Positions 52,506 to 64,000 of a DNA stretch of 64,000 nt are shown piece after piece. Where the stretch lies: positions 630,580 through 694,579 of the forward strand of contig NIVC01000302.1 of assembly GCA_002269645.1 (NCBI GenBank), given 5' to 3'. The notes under the pieces were generated by a model. The model saw only the letters and a program-made list of their open reading frames with translations, was not told the origin of the DNA and did not search any database. The translations under genes and the position numbers were made by a program. Within the stretch, counting starts at the first letter, position 1. The number at the start of each line of letters is the position of its first letter. Source of the stretch: Macrostomum lignano (taxonomy: Eukaryota).

Positions 52506-52894
52506 TTTACAGTAAGACAGAGCGCACACCTACGGAGAGAAATGAGTTACTGTTGTTTTTTGCACTTTAGTCCCCTCCCTCTGCTCACGCGGCTAACCAC
52601 AGTGTATTTATTTTTATTTGGCCATTGTAATGCTTGCTGGATCCTTGATTAACAGGGAGGGGGGAAACGAGTCGAGAACTGACTTCCCAACGAGCTTTGT
52701 AAGCCCCAACAGAAAAGTACGAGGGTTTGTTTTGACAGAATCGTTTATGTCCCCGGCAAATTATCAGTTCCGACCGCAATTGTCTCTACTCTCCGTGATT
52801 TATGGTCTCGACACAAGTTTTTGCCTTCGTGAAGTCTTTTATTTCTCATTTCCTAGCTTTTTTGTACTCAAACTGTACTCAAACCCTACCATTT

Positions 52895-53862
52895 GCCTTC
52901 CCTTTCTGTCACTTTCTCTCCCTTCCAATTTTGTCACTCTCCCACTTTCCTCTTTGTCACTCTCTCCCTTCCTATTCTGTCACTCTCTGCCTTTCTATTC
53001 TGTCACTTTCTACCTTCCGATTCTGTCACTCTCTCCCTTCCCATTCTGTCACTCTCTGACTTCCCAATCTGTCCCTCTCTCCCTTCCCAATCTGTCCCTC
53101 TCTCCCTTCCCAATCTGTCCCTCTCTCCCTTCCCAATCTGTCACTCTCTCCCTTCCCAATCTGTCCCTCTCTCCTTTCCCAATCTGTCACTCTCTCCCTT
53201 CCCAATCTGTCACTCTCTCCCTTCCCAATCTGTCACTCTCTCCCTTCCCAATCTGTCACTCTCTCCCTTCCCAATCTGTCACTCTCTCCCTTCCCAATCT
53301 GTCACTCTCTCCCTTCCCAATCTGTCCCTCTCTCCCTTCCCAATCTGTCACTCTCTCCCTTCCCAATCTGTCACTCTCTCCCTTCCCAATCTGTCCCTCT
53401 CTCCCTTCCCAATCTGTCACTCTCTCCCTTCCCAATCTGTCCCTCTCTCCCTTCCCAATCTGTCACTCTCTCCCTTCCCATTCTGTCACTCTCTTCCTTC
53501 CCTTTCTGTCACTCTCTTCCTTCCCATTCTGTCACTCTCTGACTTTCCATTCTGTCACTCTTTTCCTTCCCATTCTGTCACTCTCTGACTTTCCATTCTG
53601 TCACTTTCTCTCACTTCCAATTTTTTCACTCACCCACTTTCCACTCTGTCACTCTCTCCCTTCCCATTCTGTCACTCTCTCCCTTCCCATTCTGTCACTC
53701 TCTCCCTTCCCATTCTGTCACTCTCTCCCTTCCCATTCTGTCACTCTCTCCCTTCCCATTCTGTCACTCTTTGCCTTCCCATTCTGTCACTCTCTCCCTT
53801 CCCATTCTGTCACTCTTTGCCTTCCCATTCTGTCACTCTTTGCCTTCCCATTCTGTCACTCT
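52895..53862. repeat. 23-bp pyrimidine-rich array (CTGTCACTCTCTCCCTTCCCAAT)
   Basis: Tandem copies visible. Confidence 0.95.
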
Positions 53863-54324
53863 CAGTCAGAGTTCACTCAGAGAGTGCTTCAGTCTTATAC
53901 ACAATAAGCAGCATTAGGCGGCTCGGTCATCTCTACTAGAACTGTCAGCGCCTGTTGACAGAAGCACTATTTCGGACTACACACGTCACAGAGCTGTACT
54001 AAAATACATGTATGAAGACCCGACTGCATTCGATTGTTATCTTGTAGAAAGAATTTACAAATCAGGCCTTGAGTGAAACAGTGCAACAGTATAACAGTGT
54101 TTTTGCAGTTCCAGAATCAGCGCTACTTGGGAGGTCTGGGCGCTCTCGTGTAGGTCTTTTCTGAAACGAACGGGTCTTGAAAAACGTGAAAATTGTTTGC
54201 CTTTTCGACTTGCAGTGTCATGCCAAAAGTAAGCTGAAATTTGTCTGGTTAACGATTTTCATACACTTTTGGCAGGAAAGTGGCAGTCTTGGAGTGTGGA
54301 TGGCACAGGAATGGCAGGGACGGG

Positions 54325-55800
54325 AGAGGGAGCTGGGGGGATGGCTGGGAGAGAGCTGAGGGATGGCTGGGAGAGAGCTGGCGGATGGCTGGGAGAGAGC
54401 TGGGGGATGGCTGGGAGAGAGCTGGCGGATGGCTGGGAGAGAGCTGGGGGATGGCAGGGAGAGAGCTGGGGGATGGCTGGGAGAGCTGGGGGATGGCTGT
54501 GAGAGAGCTGGGGGATGGCAGGGAGAGCTGGGGATGGCAGGGAGAGAGCTGGGGATGGCAGGGAGAGAGCTGGGGGATGGCTGGGAGAGAGCTGGGGGAT
54601 GGCTGGGAGAGAGCTGGGGGGATGGCTGGGAGAGAGCTGGGGGATGGCAGGGAGAGCTGGAGGATGGCAGGGAGAGAGCTGGGGGATGGCAGGGAGAGCT
54701 GGAGGATGGCAGGGAGAGCTGGGGGATGGCTGGGAGAGAGCTGGGGGATGGCAGGGAGAGCTGGGGGATGGCAGGGAGAGAGCTGGGGATGGCTGGGAGA
54801 GAGCTGGCGGATGGCTGGGAGAGCTGGGGATGGCTGGGAGAGAGCTGGGGGATGGCTGGGAGAGAGCTGGGGGATGGCTGGGAGAGCTGGGGGATGGCTG
54901 TGAGAGAGCTGGGGGATGGCAGGGAGAGCTGGGGGATGGCTGTGAGAGAGCTGGGGGATGGCAGGGAGAGCTGGGGGATGGCAGGGAGAGAGCTGGGGGA
55001 TGGCAGGGAGAGAGCTGGGGGATGGCAGGGAGAGCTGGAGGATGGCAGGGAGAGAGCTGGCGGATGGCTGGGAGAGAGCTGGGGGATGGCTGGGAGAGAG
55101 CTGGGGGATGGCTGGGAGAGCTGGGGATGGCTGTGAGAGAGCTGGGGGATGGCAGGGAGAGCTGGGGGTGGCTGTGAGAGAGCTGGGGGATGGCAGGGAG
55201 AGCTGGGGGATGGCAGGGAGAGAGCTGGGGGATGGCAGGGAGAGAGCTGGGGGATGGCTGGGAGAGAGCTGGGGGATGGCTGGGAGAGCTGGGGGATGGC
55301 TGGGAGAGAGCTGGGGGATGGCAGGGAGAGCTGGAGGATGGCAGGGAGAGAGCTGGGGGATGGCAGGGAGAGCTGGAGGATGGCAGGGAGAGCTGGGGGA
55401 TGGCTGGGAGAGAGCTGGGGGATGGCAGGGAGAGCTGGGGGATGGCAGGAAGAGCTGGGGGATGGCAGGGAGAGCTGGGGGATGGCTGGGAGAGAGCTGG
55501 AGGATGGCAGGGAGACAGCTGGGGGATGGCAGGGAGAGCTGGGGGATGGCAGGGAGAGAGCTGGGGGATGGCTGGGAGAGAGCTGGGGGATGGCAGGGAG
55601 AGAGCTGGGGGATGGCTGGGAGAGAGCTGGGGGGTGGCTGGGAGAAATCTGGGGGCTGAGAGATGGCTGGGAGAGAGCTGGGGGATGACAGGGAGAGCTG
55701 GAGTGACGACAGGGAGAGCTGGAGTGACGGCAGGGAGAGCTGGAGTGACGGCAGGGAGAGCTGGAGTGACGGCAGGGAGAGCTGGAGTGATGGCAGGGAT
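54325..55800. repeat. Purine-rich ~20-23-bp array (GAGAGCTGGGGGATGGCWGG)
   Basis: Tandem variants; source of the 500-aa P/S-rich spurious ORFs. Confidence 0.95.
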
Positions 55801-56391
55801 GGCACACTAATGCCTTATCCTGGCATTTGTCTGGGAAGAGTCCTTCCTATTAGCCTATTCAGTATTAATAACCGAGTGGTTCAGTTCTTGCCATGATTTA
55901 GTTACCATGACGCAGCAGGCGGCCCACTCTGCCTGGACCCAATATGGCACGTGTGGGACCCCATGCAGCATTGCATTATCAGAGATAGAAGTTAATAAGA
56001 GCCTAGAGGTCGTTACTCAGGGGTCACGGCCGGTCACCTAACTTCAGAAGCGCTACTCTCTGATTATTATGAAGGGTCAGCGCCGGCTTTTGTATTTACA
56101 CTCTTCAAGTTATAAACACGACCCATGGAAGTTGGAACCCGTGTTTGCACTTATAGAACTCTTGTTGAAGCCAGTAAGAAAGGCAGAAAAATACTGCCAA
56201 CCCGAATATTGCCTGTTTACTTCAGGTGAAATGATTGGAGGCAGGTGAGATAAAATTAGAAGCAACTCAGGGGTCCGCTTCGGGTCGGGAATATGCACTT
56301 TAATGCTTCACCTCTGAGGACACCCCAGTACTCAACTGTGGAAATAACATGTTAGTAGATTATTCAAGGGAAATCGAGACTAGGCATCTGG

Positions 56392-56730
56392 AAGAGATTC
56401 GCGATCTGAGGGTGAGATTCGCGATCTGGGGGTGAGATTCGCGATCTGAGGGTGAGATTCGCGATCTGGGGGTGAGATTCGCGATCTGGGGGTGAGATTC
56501 GCGATCTGGGAGTGAGATTCGCGATCTGGGGGTGAGATTCGCGATCTGAGGGTGAGATTCGCGATCTGGGGGTGAGATTCGCAATCTGGGGGTGAGATTC
56601 GCGATCTGGGAGTGAGATTTGGGATCTGGGAGGGAGATTCGGGATCTGAGAGGGAGATGTGATATCTGGGAGTGAAATATGGGATATGGAAGTTAGATTT
56701 GCGACCTGGGAGTGAGATTTGGGATCTGGA
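56392..56730. repeat. 20-bp array (GAGATTCGCGATCTGRGGGT)
   Basis: Tandem copies decaying to the right. Confidence 0.92.
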
Positions 56731-57299
56731 AGGGAGATATGGTATCCAAGCAGACTTTAATTGATGAGATTTTGTATGGGGAATGAGATCATGAGATCTA
56801 AGAGTACGATTGAATAAATTCTTAATTGCCATTTTTAACAGAAAAAATATTTTTAATCGCTAATCAATTACACCCCGCCTCAAACCCGCTTATCTATTCC
56901 AGCTCTCAGATGCAGGGCGGATTCAAATTCAGTAATTATATAGCTTGTAAATAATGCCGTTTATCTATAGTCAGCATTGGCACGAGGCGGTGAGTCATTG
57001 CTCCTCTTCAAATTTATTGCTAAGTTACCAAATCAAGTTCATGTATTATGAGAATAGACCGCTAGTCACCACGCGGATGAATGTGAATGCGTTTAGAGTG
57101 AGAAAATGCAATACTGGATGTTGATCCTGTATGACAGAGAAGAGAATCGAGGGTACAGCCAGAGACAGCAGAGCCACCCAAATTTTTAGCGCACCTGATT
57201 TCCAGGCGCTTCTGATACTAATAACTTAGACATCCGTGAAATGCTTTCGAGCTGGTGTGGCACCAAAGTAATGCTAGTGTGACGCTTCTCTGACGCCTC

Positions 57300-57860
57300 T
57301 GGCACTATTAGTGCATTCTACTAGTAGTTTGACACCCCTGATACTAGTCTGACACTAGTGTGACAGCCCTGACTCTAGTTTGACACCCCTGACACTAGTC
57401 TGACACTAGTGTGACAGCCCTGACTCTAGTTTGACACCCCTGACACTAGTCTGACACTAGTGTGATAGCCCTGACTCTAGTTTGACACCCCTGACACTAG
57501 TCTGACAGACACTAGAATGACAGCCCTGACACTAATATGACAGCCCCGACACTAATATGACAGCCCCGACACTAATATGACAGCCCCGACACTAATATGA
57601 CAGCCCCGACACTAATATGACAGCCCCGACACTAATATGACAGCCCCGACACTAATATGACAGCCCCGACACTAATATGACAGCCCCGACACTAATATGA
57701 CAGCCCCGACACTAATATGACAGCCCCGACACTAATATGACAGCACCGACACTAATATGACAGCCCCAACACTAATATGACAGCCCCGACACTAATATGA
57801 CAGCCCCGACACTAATACTCGTATGACAGCCCCGACACTAATATGACTGTATGACAGCCC
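57300..57860. repeat. 20-bp arrays (GACACTAGTGTGACAGCCCT grading into GACACTAATATGACAGCCCC)
   Basis: Tandem copies visible. Confidence 0.92.
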
Positions 57861-59044
57861 TAACATAAGTAAGATGCCTGCAACAGTAGAGCGATGCCTG
57901 TAGCATGAAATTGAATGCACCTGTCCCTAGTGAATCGCAGGTGGGTTCAGCTATTTGAATGAACAAATCCGATTCACTAACTCCATTATAGTTATGCAAT
58001 AATTGTACAAATATTCGCTTTATACCCTCACAGTCAAATGCTGACTGTAGATTATTGCGCAATCGGCATCCAGTTCTAAAAAACTCTAATGAGCCGACTG
58101 CAGGCCGGATTAGTTCGGCTGAAAATGCTTCCCAACCCGCCACGGCGATGACTAATGTTCTAGCCAACTCCGCCCTTGCCGCGCCCTCCCTGCTTTTAGT
58201 CCAAAAGAAGCGATTACGCAACATCTAGAGGAAGGAGAGGGCTGTCACGGGACGCCGCGCGGCCTTGGCTGTCAGAAACTCTGCTGTCTTCTTTCGCTCA
58301 CTTCTTTTTGCTTTACATTTCTTCTCTTCCTCGTACTGCCCCGGCTTGCTATATAACCGTTCTATAGGGAGAGATTGAGAGAACAGCAAGCACTATGTAG
58401 CTTGGGCCCCCTGGATTGCATAATAGTATTGCACCCGTAAAAGAAAGGTTACGTAACCCCAATTTCTGCCCTCCCTGTCCAAATGAGGGTGACTCAGCGG
58501 AGGGCAAACCGCTCTTGCCCTCATCAAGCGAACCCTTAGCCCTCAGATACTCTCTCTCTCTCTCTCTCTGTACGCCCCAAGAGAGCTGGCTGCAATTTTG
58601 GCATCGATCAGGCCGCGGCCGGTTGGAAAATTCCAAGCCCCTAACTAATAACTTGCTGTCCGAGACCAGCCCCGCACAGATACAGTGACAGTTGCCCTAC
58701 CACATAACCCTTCGTTTAAGTCCGCTCTTAGCTGCAGGGCTGGCTGGAGTTTGAAAAAAGGCGATTACGTAATATACAAGTTTAGTCAGAAATTGTATTT
58801 GGACTGGGCGTGCGCCAAAGATAGAGAAGGCGGTGGGGCTGGCAGTTTATTTACTTCTTTTAGAGTTCTTTGAAGTATCATGCAGTATCGTTTGCTCTCT
58901 ATTAGAAGATCTTCTTCACTTCTAAAATCATTTTTATCGCAAGCACTTTAATATTCCAATAATTCGTACGCGTTTCTCCTAATACTCCTAGGCAGTCTGA
59001 TTCGGAGGTACAGTGGGTAGCTACAGAGATCTATGCAGAATACT

Positions 59045-59270
59045 GAGATAGAGGCTGAGAGAGGGAATGAGAGAGAGGGTAAGAGAGAGAGGGTGAAGAG
59101 AGAGAGAGAGAGGGTGAGGGAAAGGGTGAGAAAGAGGAGGTAAGAGAGAGGGTAGGGGAGGGTGAAAGGTAGGTTGAGAGACGGGGTAAGAGATAGGATG
59201 AGAGAGAAAGGGGAGGATTAGAGAGGGTGGGTGAGAGAGATTGAGAGAGAGGGTGAGAAAGAGGGTGGAA
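59045..59270. repeat. GA-rich low-complexity tract
   Basis: gagagagggt-type motifs. Confidence 0.8.
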
Positions 59271-60074
59271 GAGGCTGCTGTCAATCGGACCGCGACAGAT
59301 GACAGACGCACAAGGCAAATCAAAATAGAAACAGAAGAATGCAGACAGTGATGGAGCTGCCCCCGGCCTTGCAAAAGAGCTGAGAGCTGAGGCAGCAAAG
59401 ACTGGTGCATCGGCTTGCATACATGATTGAGTTTTTAACTCTAGATGCAGAATAGTAAGCCGAGTACAAATGCAGGAGACAGGACCGGCCATTGTTTGCT
59501 TAAGCCCGCAAGCAAAATAAGCAAGCATTACTGTATTATACGTACTAGACAGATTTAAGAGTTGGACTTGGCACCCACGGGGCAGCGATTGTTCAGTGTG
59601 CAGTGAGGCAGTTTTGATTTAATTATAAGTCGAATGCGAATCCAGTAATGGGGTTGTGCCACCCGCAAAGCGGTAACCATAAACCTGATATACAATATAT
59701 CAGCTATGACAGCCACACTACAGTTATACTCAAACTATATAGAAGCTATTAGTCTAGAAGTCCCTGACTAGTACCCAGATACACGAACTGTCTCGGTGTG
59801 GAGTAATTTTCAAGCAAAAATACAGACTAATGTACGAAGTACGAAGTATTCATGTACGAATTCCATTTGTCTTGCTTGCATTTTAGCATGCATTTATTTG
59901 TTTACGTACTACATTTACGCATAGTTGAGCGAAGCGCAACACAAAAAACTGGCTAGACTGGATTGAGAGATTTCTATACTCGTATTTATTCGTACTAAAC
60001 TAATAAAGTTCTTTTTTTGAACAATAAACACACGAAAGGCGTGTACGAATAACCGACATGACAGTGGATAAAAG

Positions 60075-60470
60075 CGGTCTGGGGATCATGTCGGTCTGGG
60101 AGTTTATACCGGTCTGGGGGTCATGTCGGTCTGGGGATCATGTCTGTGTCGGTCTGGGGATTATGTCGGTCTGGGGGTCGTGTCGGTTTGTCATGTCGGT
60201 CTGGGAATCATGTCGGTCTGGGAATCATGTCGGTCTGGGAATCATTTCGGTCTGGGAATCATGTCGGTCTGGGAATCATGTCGGTCTGGGAATCATGTCG
60301 GTCTGGGAATCATTTCGGTCTGGGAATCATGTCGGTCTGGGAATCATGTCGGTCTGGGAATCATGTCGGTCTGGGAATCATGTCGGTCTGGGAATCATGT
60401 CGGTCTGGGAATAATGTCGGTCTGAAAATCATGTCGGTCTGGGAATCATGTCGGTCTGAGGGGTCATGTC
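60075..60470. repeat. 17-bp array (GTCGGTCTGGGAATCAT)
   Basis: Tandem copies visible. Confidence 0.93.
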
Positions 60471-61943
60471 TGTCATACATGTATGGGGCTCAAAAGCAAC
60501 GCCCCTGTCAAAAGGAAGGACGCATCTGGATGCAGTTGGCAGTCACAAGGCCAGATGCACACACACAACTGTGCATTTGTTCTCTACTGACTTTCACATG
60601 GCAGTTAAAGCTAGTAAAAGACGCAATACAGAATTTACCAAACGGACTTTTCCAGATGAATATTGAATTCCCTGTTGAGATAGTCTATGGTACATGCCTG
60701 TTTCATTTGCCTCCATAGAGTGCATGCACTCTTATTTATTCTGCCGCGTGTTGTCGTCTATGGTAAAAGCTAGTCTTATAGACAGTAATGTTTGCTTAGA
60801 TTTTGTCTATGGCCGGACCTGCTTATACCGTACGAATCAATAGAAACATATCAAAGAAGCGTCAATTTAATGAGTTTATACTGACTGAATTTTCAACAGC
60901 GCGCGTCTATTTCAAAAGTACACAAGAGCGTTTGACAACAACAAACTACGAGGAAACAAAACTAATAATAAACAAACAACAAAGCAAACTAAGCAAATGG
61001 TTGTTTTTTGACGCAAGATGTGTTTTTTGTTGTTTAACTCGGGAAACACAAAGCGAGACAACAACAGCAACAACAACAAAGAAATCAACAGTGTCGGATG
61101 TCTGTGCACAAATGTGTGATAAGAGTGAATTGCCAACAAAACAATACATTTTTCTGCTCCAAAAGACCTAGCAAAAGCAGGAGAACAGCTCGCTCTGAAT
61201 TAGCGGTATATAAAAAAAATTGAAATGTATAAGCAGGTACCGAGTAGACATTAGCCTTGAATACAAAACAATACTTGACGAGGTGCAAAAATTCAGCTAG
61301 GAAATTTTACAGAGTAAGAGACACACACGCACTATAAACTCAAAAAATGCAGACAATTGAAATTAATTAACATTATTATTGTTATAAACACAAAACTATG
61401 TACTTTTAAAAATTCAAAATTCAAAACCTGCTTTTCTTAACACAGAAAAGTCCGAGTAGTGCTTGAGCTAGGTTAGTAACCAGACCGGATTACAGAAATA
61501 TTAATTAATTCAATAAAAATACCAAATTATAGTTATAGCACGGAAAGTTACAAAAAACCACGCAATAAAACAACAGCGCGAACGGCTTTAATAAGTTTGA
61601 ATGAGAAAAACACGGATAGAGGCGTTTGTAACCGGGCTATGAAACGCACGCGACAGGGGGCTTAATTTAAGCTTTATGATGGGCTCTTGTAAAAAAAAGT
61701 ACAGCACACAACATTATGAGGGAAAATACAGCGAACACTCGGGGATCAGTTGTGATTGACGGAATCCATTATCTTATCAGGAGGAATTCAAATATTTGCA
61801 CTTTATTATAACCAATTTTTTTTTAACAAAATATTCGCCTGAGTCAACTTTTACTTCTTTTTTTTATCCAAATGAAGTCTTTGCTCGGCTTGGAGACCTT
61901 GGCTGGTGTCTAAATGAAGGTCAGGAGGGGCTACCAGTCAGTG

Positions 61944-62167
61944 CTAGCAGCCGAGTTTGGTCTTGATGAACTCGTCAACAGACAAGCTGAGCAGATGCCT
62001 GCAGAACAGGTTCTCCAGCATGTCCTTGTCTGTTGCTGAGACCGCCTGCAGCATAGCAACGGCGTCCTTGGTGTGCCTGGCCATGCCCTTCATCTCCAAG
62101 TGGCGCAGCACGTGTTTCATAATCTCCTCTTGAACCTCGTGCAGGTGAATCTCGTGCGCTGATTCGG
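61944..62167 (-). CDS. Terminal exon of a nuclear receptor gene (C-terminal LBD helices), not in the ORF track in this frame
   Basis: Acceptor ttttcag; phase matches the donor at 63186; reads ESAHEIHLHEVQEEIMKHVLRHLE..AMLQAVSATDKDMLENLFCRHLLSLSVDEFIKTKLGC*. Confidence 0.7.
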
Positions 62168-63185
62168 CTGAAAAATTTAATGACGAGTTTTGAAAATGTC
62201 AACTTTGCATAGCATCGGATTGCATTGCTAGTTCGGCTTCTTTCTGCCCCTCAATTAGCTGGCTGGGTACGGCAGCGCTATGTGAAATTAAAGATTGTGG
62301 GGATTTTTTCTAGTTCCAAAAATAGCCTTTGCTCAATTATGTTGGGAAAACGGGCACGCGAACTGGGTGTGTAAGAGAGGTTGGGGAAGAGGGGGGGGGT
62401 ATTCCCCCAATCGCTGCTAAAAAAAGTTCGAAGCAAGTTCACGCAGCGGTCAAATCGAGACCCGGCCAATTCCCCCGGGGGGTGCTGAGTGGTGAGTCAG
62501 CCCTCTCTCTCTCTCCCAGGCAATACGCAATGCGCTGACTAAGCCATGGGGAAGGACGGGAGGAGGCTTAAACGACCACCCCCACCCTGGGTTGGTTGAA
62601 CAGGAAAGGAATAGGCAACACTGGCTTATAGCACAAGTAAAGTGCAATAATGGGCTATGCTGCCTGGGAAAACAGGATTTGAGGTTGTGCGCTGGAGACA
62701 CGTGAGTGACCTCCTCTCCTCACAGAGGGGCGGAGGGAGGGGGGGGTTGCTGAGTGAGTGAGCGAGCGAGTGTTGCGGAGCAGGGCAGGGGTGAGGCAAA
62801 GCCTGGAGGACAAGAGGAGAGAACACGCAAGCGTGCGCGTGGTGTGGCGTGCGCATGTGTAGCAAATGTGGCATATTACACATTTCGCATTACACAACAA
62901 GACTCTTTTCTTACTGCAACCCCCCCGCATACTTCTACTCTCTCAAACTAGCGATCCATCGGTATGAGTGGCGCTAGGGACTTAAATGAAATTAATTTAA
63001 GAGGAACAGGAGGGAGACACAGGGTGACTAAGGCGCAATTTAAGGCTAAGGGGGAGGGGGGCCAAGGCAGAGAGGGGCACAGGGCGAGCGCGTGAGTGAG
63101 CGAGCGAATGCAATGAATCACCCGCACTCCCTGACTAAAGGTTCCAATGCACCGTATAGGACAAATTATCGAACAGTTGACTCAC

Positions 63186-64000
63186 GCTTGAAGATGGCGG
63201 CCAGTCTCAACAGATTGTAGGTCATATTGTCAAACGGAATTGCCGATGCGGTCGAGATGAGTCGCTGAAGATCTTCGGCGAACTTCTTAGTTGGCAAGCG
63301 GCCGCCGCCGCTATTCTGGTTAAGCTGCTCCTCTGCCAGTTCGTGCGAGCAGGGAGTGACAGCAAAGTGGAAGCTGTTCTCCAGCATGTACAACTGGATG
63401 ATGCTTGGCCAGGCTCGGCACAGCAGAGCAGCCTGGCAGGCCGGTCCAGGGCGCCGAACAGTGCAGCATTGGTGTGCACCAGTTCGGAGCCTTTGCGCAG
63501 CCAGTCGGACACGTGCGACTGCGCTACCATGACGTTCTTCTTGGCCAGCTGGACAGGCTGCAGCTGGGTCTGGTAGCGGTGCGCCGCCTGGCTCAAGATG
63601 GTGCGCAGCATCGGCTGCTGGCGGCGGCGAGCCCATGCTGCTGTCAGCGTCCCCGCCCATCATGGCCAGCTGGTGCTCTTGCGCAGCCATTGCTCGCATG
63701 CTGCTGCTGAGGTCTAGCGGCTCCTCGGAGGAGGTGAAGCCGCAGGCGCTTGGCGACGAGGTCGACGGCGACAGGCCGCTGTAGGCTGAGGTCGCTGCTG
63801 CGGGCTGCGGCGGCGTTAAAACCGCGCGCACCGAGAGGGTCGTCCACCGGCTAGCTGCTGGCCCTGCGGCTGGTGCTGCGAGGCTGCAGGGCTGGAGGCG
63901 GCGGCGGCAGCAGGTGGGCGCTGCACGGCGCGTGTCGATTGCCCATGGAGTTGGATCGGCGCGGAAGTCGGCAGCAGCGGCGTTCATTGGTGCGGCGGAG
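63186..64000 (-). CDS. Nuclear receptor hinge/LBD exon, runs off the window; two apparent frameshifts
   Basis: LFGALDRPARLL(L)LCRAWPSIIQLYMLE resembles the LBD signature F..L...DQ..LL...W..L; IPFDNMTYNLLRLAAIFK resembles L.LD..EY..LKAI.LF; donor GTGAGT at 63185. Subfamily not assignable from this fragment. Confidence 0.7.

Noticed and set aside
54218-55810. 500-aa Pro/Ser-rich ORFs resembling mucin or extensin
   Set aside because: Pure minisatellite translation, open in several frames, with no signal peptide, splice support or unique domain.
57838-58224. 128-aa ORF as a transposase fragment
   Set aside because: Only vague resemblance (LHNYN); no convincing catalytic motif, and it ends in a repeat.
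58236-58690. TGTCAC..GTGACA segment as a solo LTR
   Set aside because: No target-site duplication and no second copy in the window.
62856-62898. Short hairpin in the nuclear receptor intron as a pre-miRNA
   Set aside because: Only ~45 nt with bulges and no extended lower stem.

Overview
Repeat-rich animal genomic DNA. GC-rich exons, TTAGGG remnants and minisatellite-filled introns suggest a free-living flatworm such as Macrostomum; this is an inference, not a database match. Host genes recognised: an intronless NeuroD bHLH gene (+), a 3-exon POT/SLC15-family transporter (-), a 7-exon AAK1/BMP2K-type kinase (-), a 3-exon SEC22B (-, 215 aa), a head-to-head pair of secreted PAN/Apple + C-type-lectin genes (one intact, one disrupted), and the 3' part of a nuclear receptor gene at the right edge (-). 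Mobile elements: a Ty3/gypsy LTR element inside lectin copy 2, a 5'-truncated RNase H-bearing I-group LINE, an internally deleted Tc1-like element, a Mutator-like foldback MITE, a TGT..ACA element with a 4-bp TSD, and two tRNA-derived SINE families. About 20 tandem arrays explain most of the long ORFs in the track, which are not genes. The most notable observations are: (1) the lectin pair shares a near-identical core but differs sharply in the sugar-binding segment (EPN vs EPS), and an orphan fragment of that segment lies nearby; (2) a sharply bounded ~2.9-kb CpG-depleted island over SEC22B exon 1/intron 1; (3) two templated-insertion repair scars; (4) a transporter lacking the first Glu of the ExxER motif; (5) compensating frameshifts in the nuclear receptor exon. 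All alignments and counts were done by eye.
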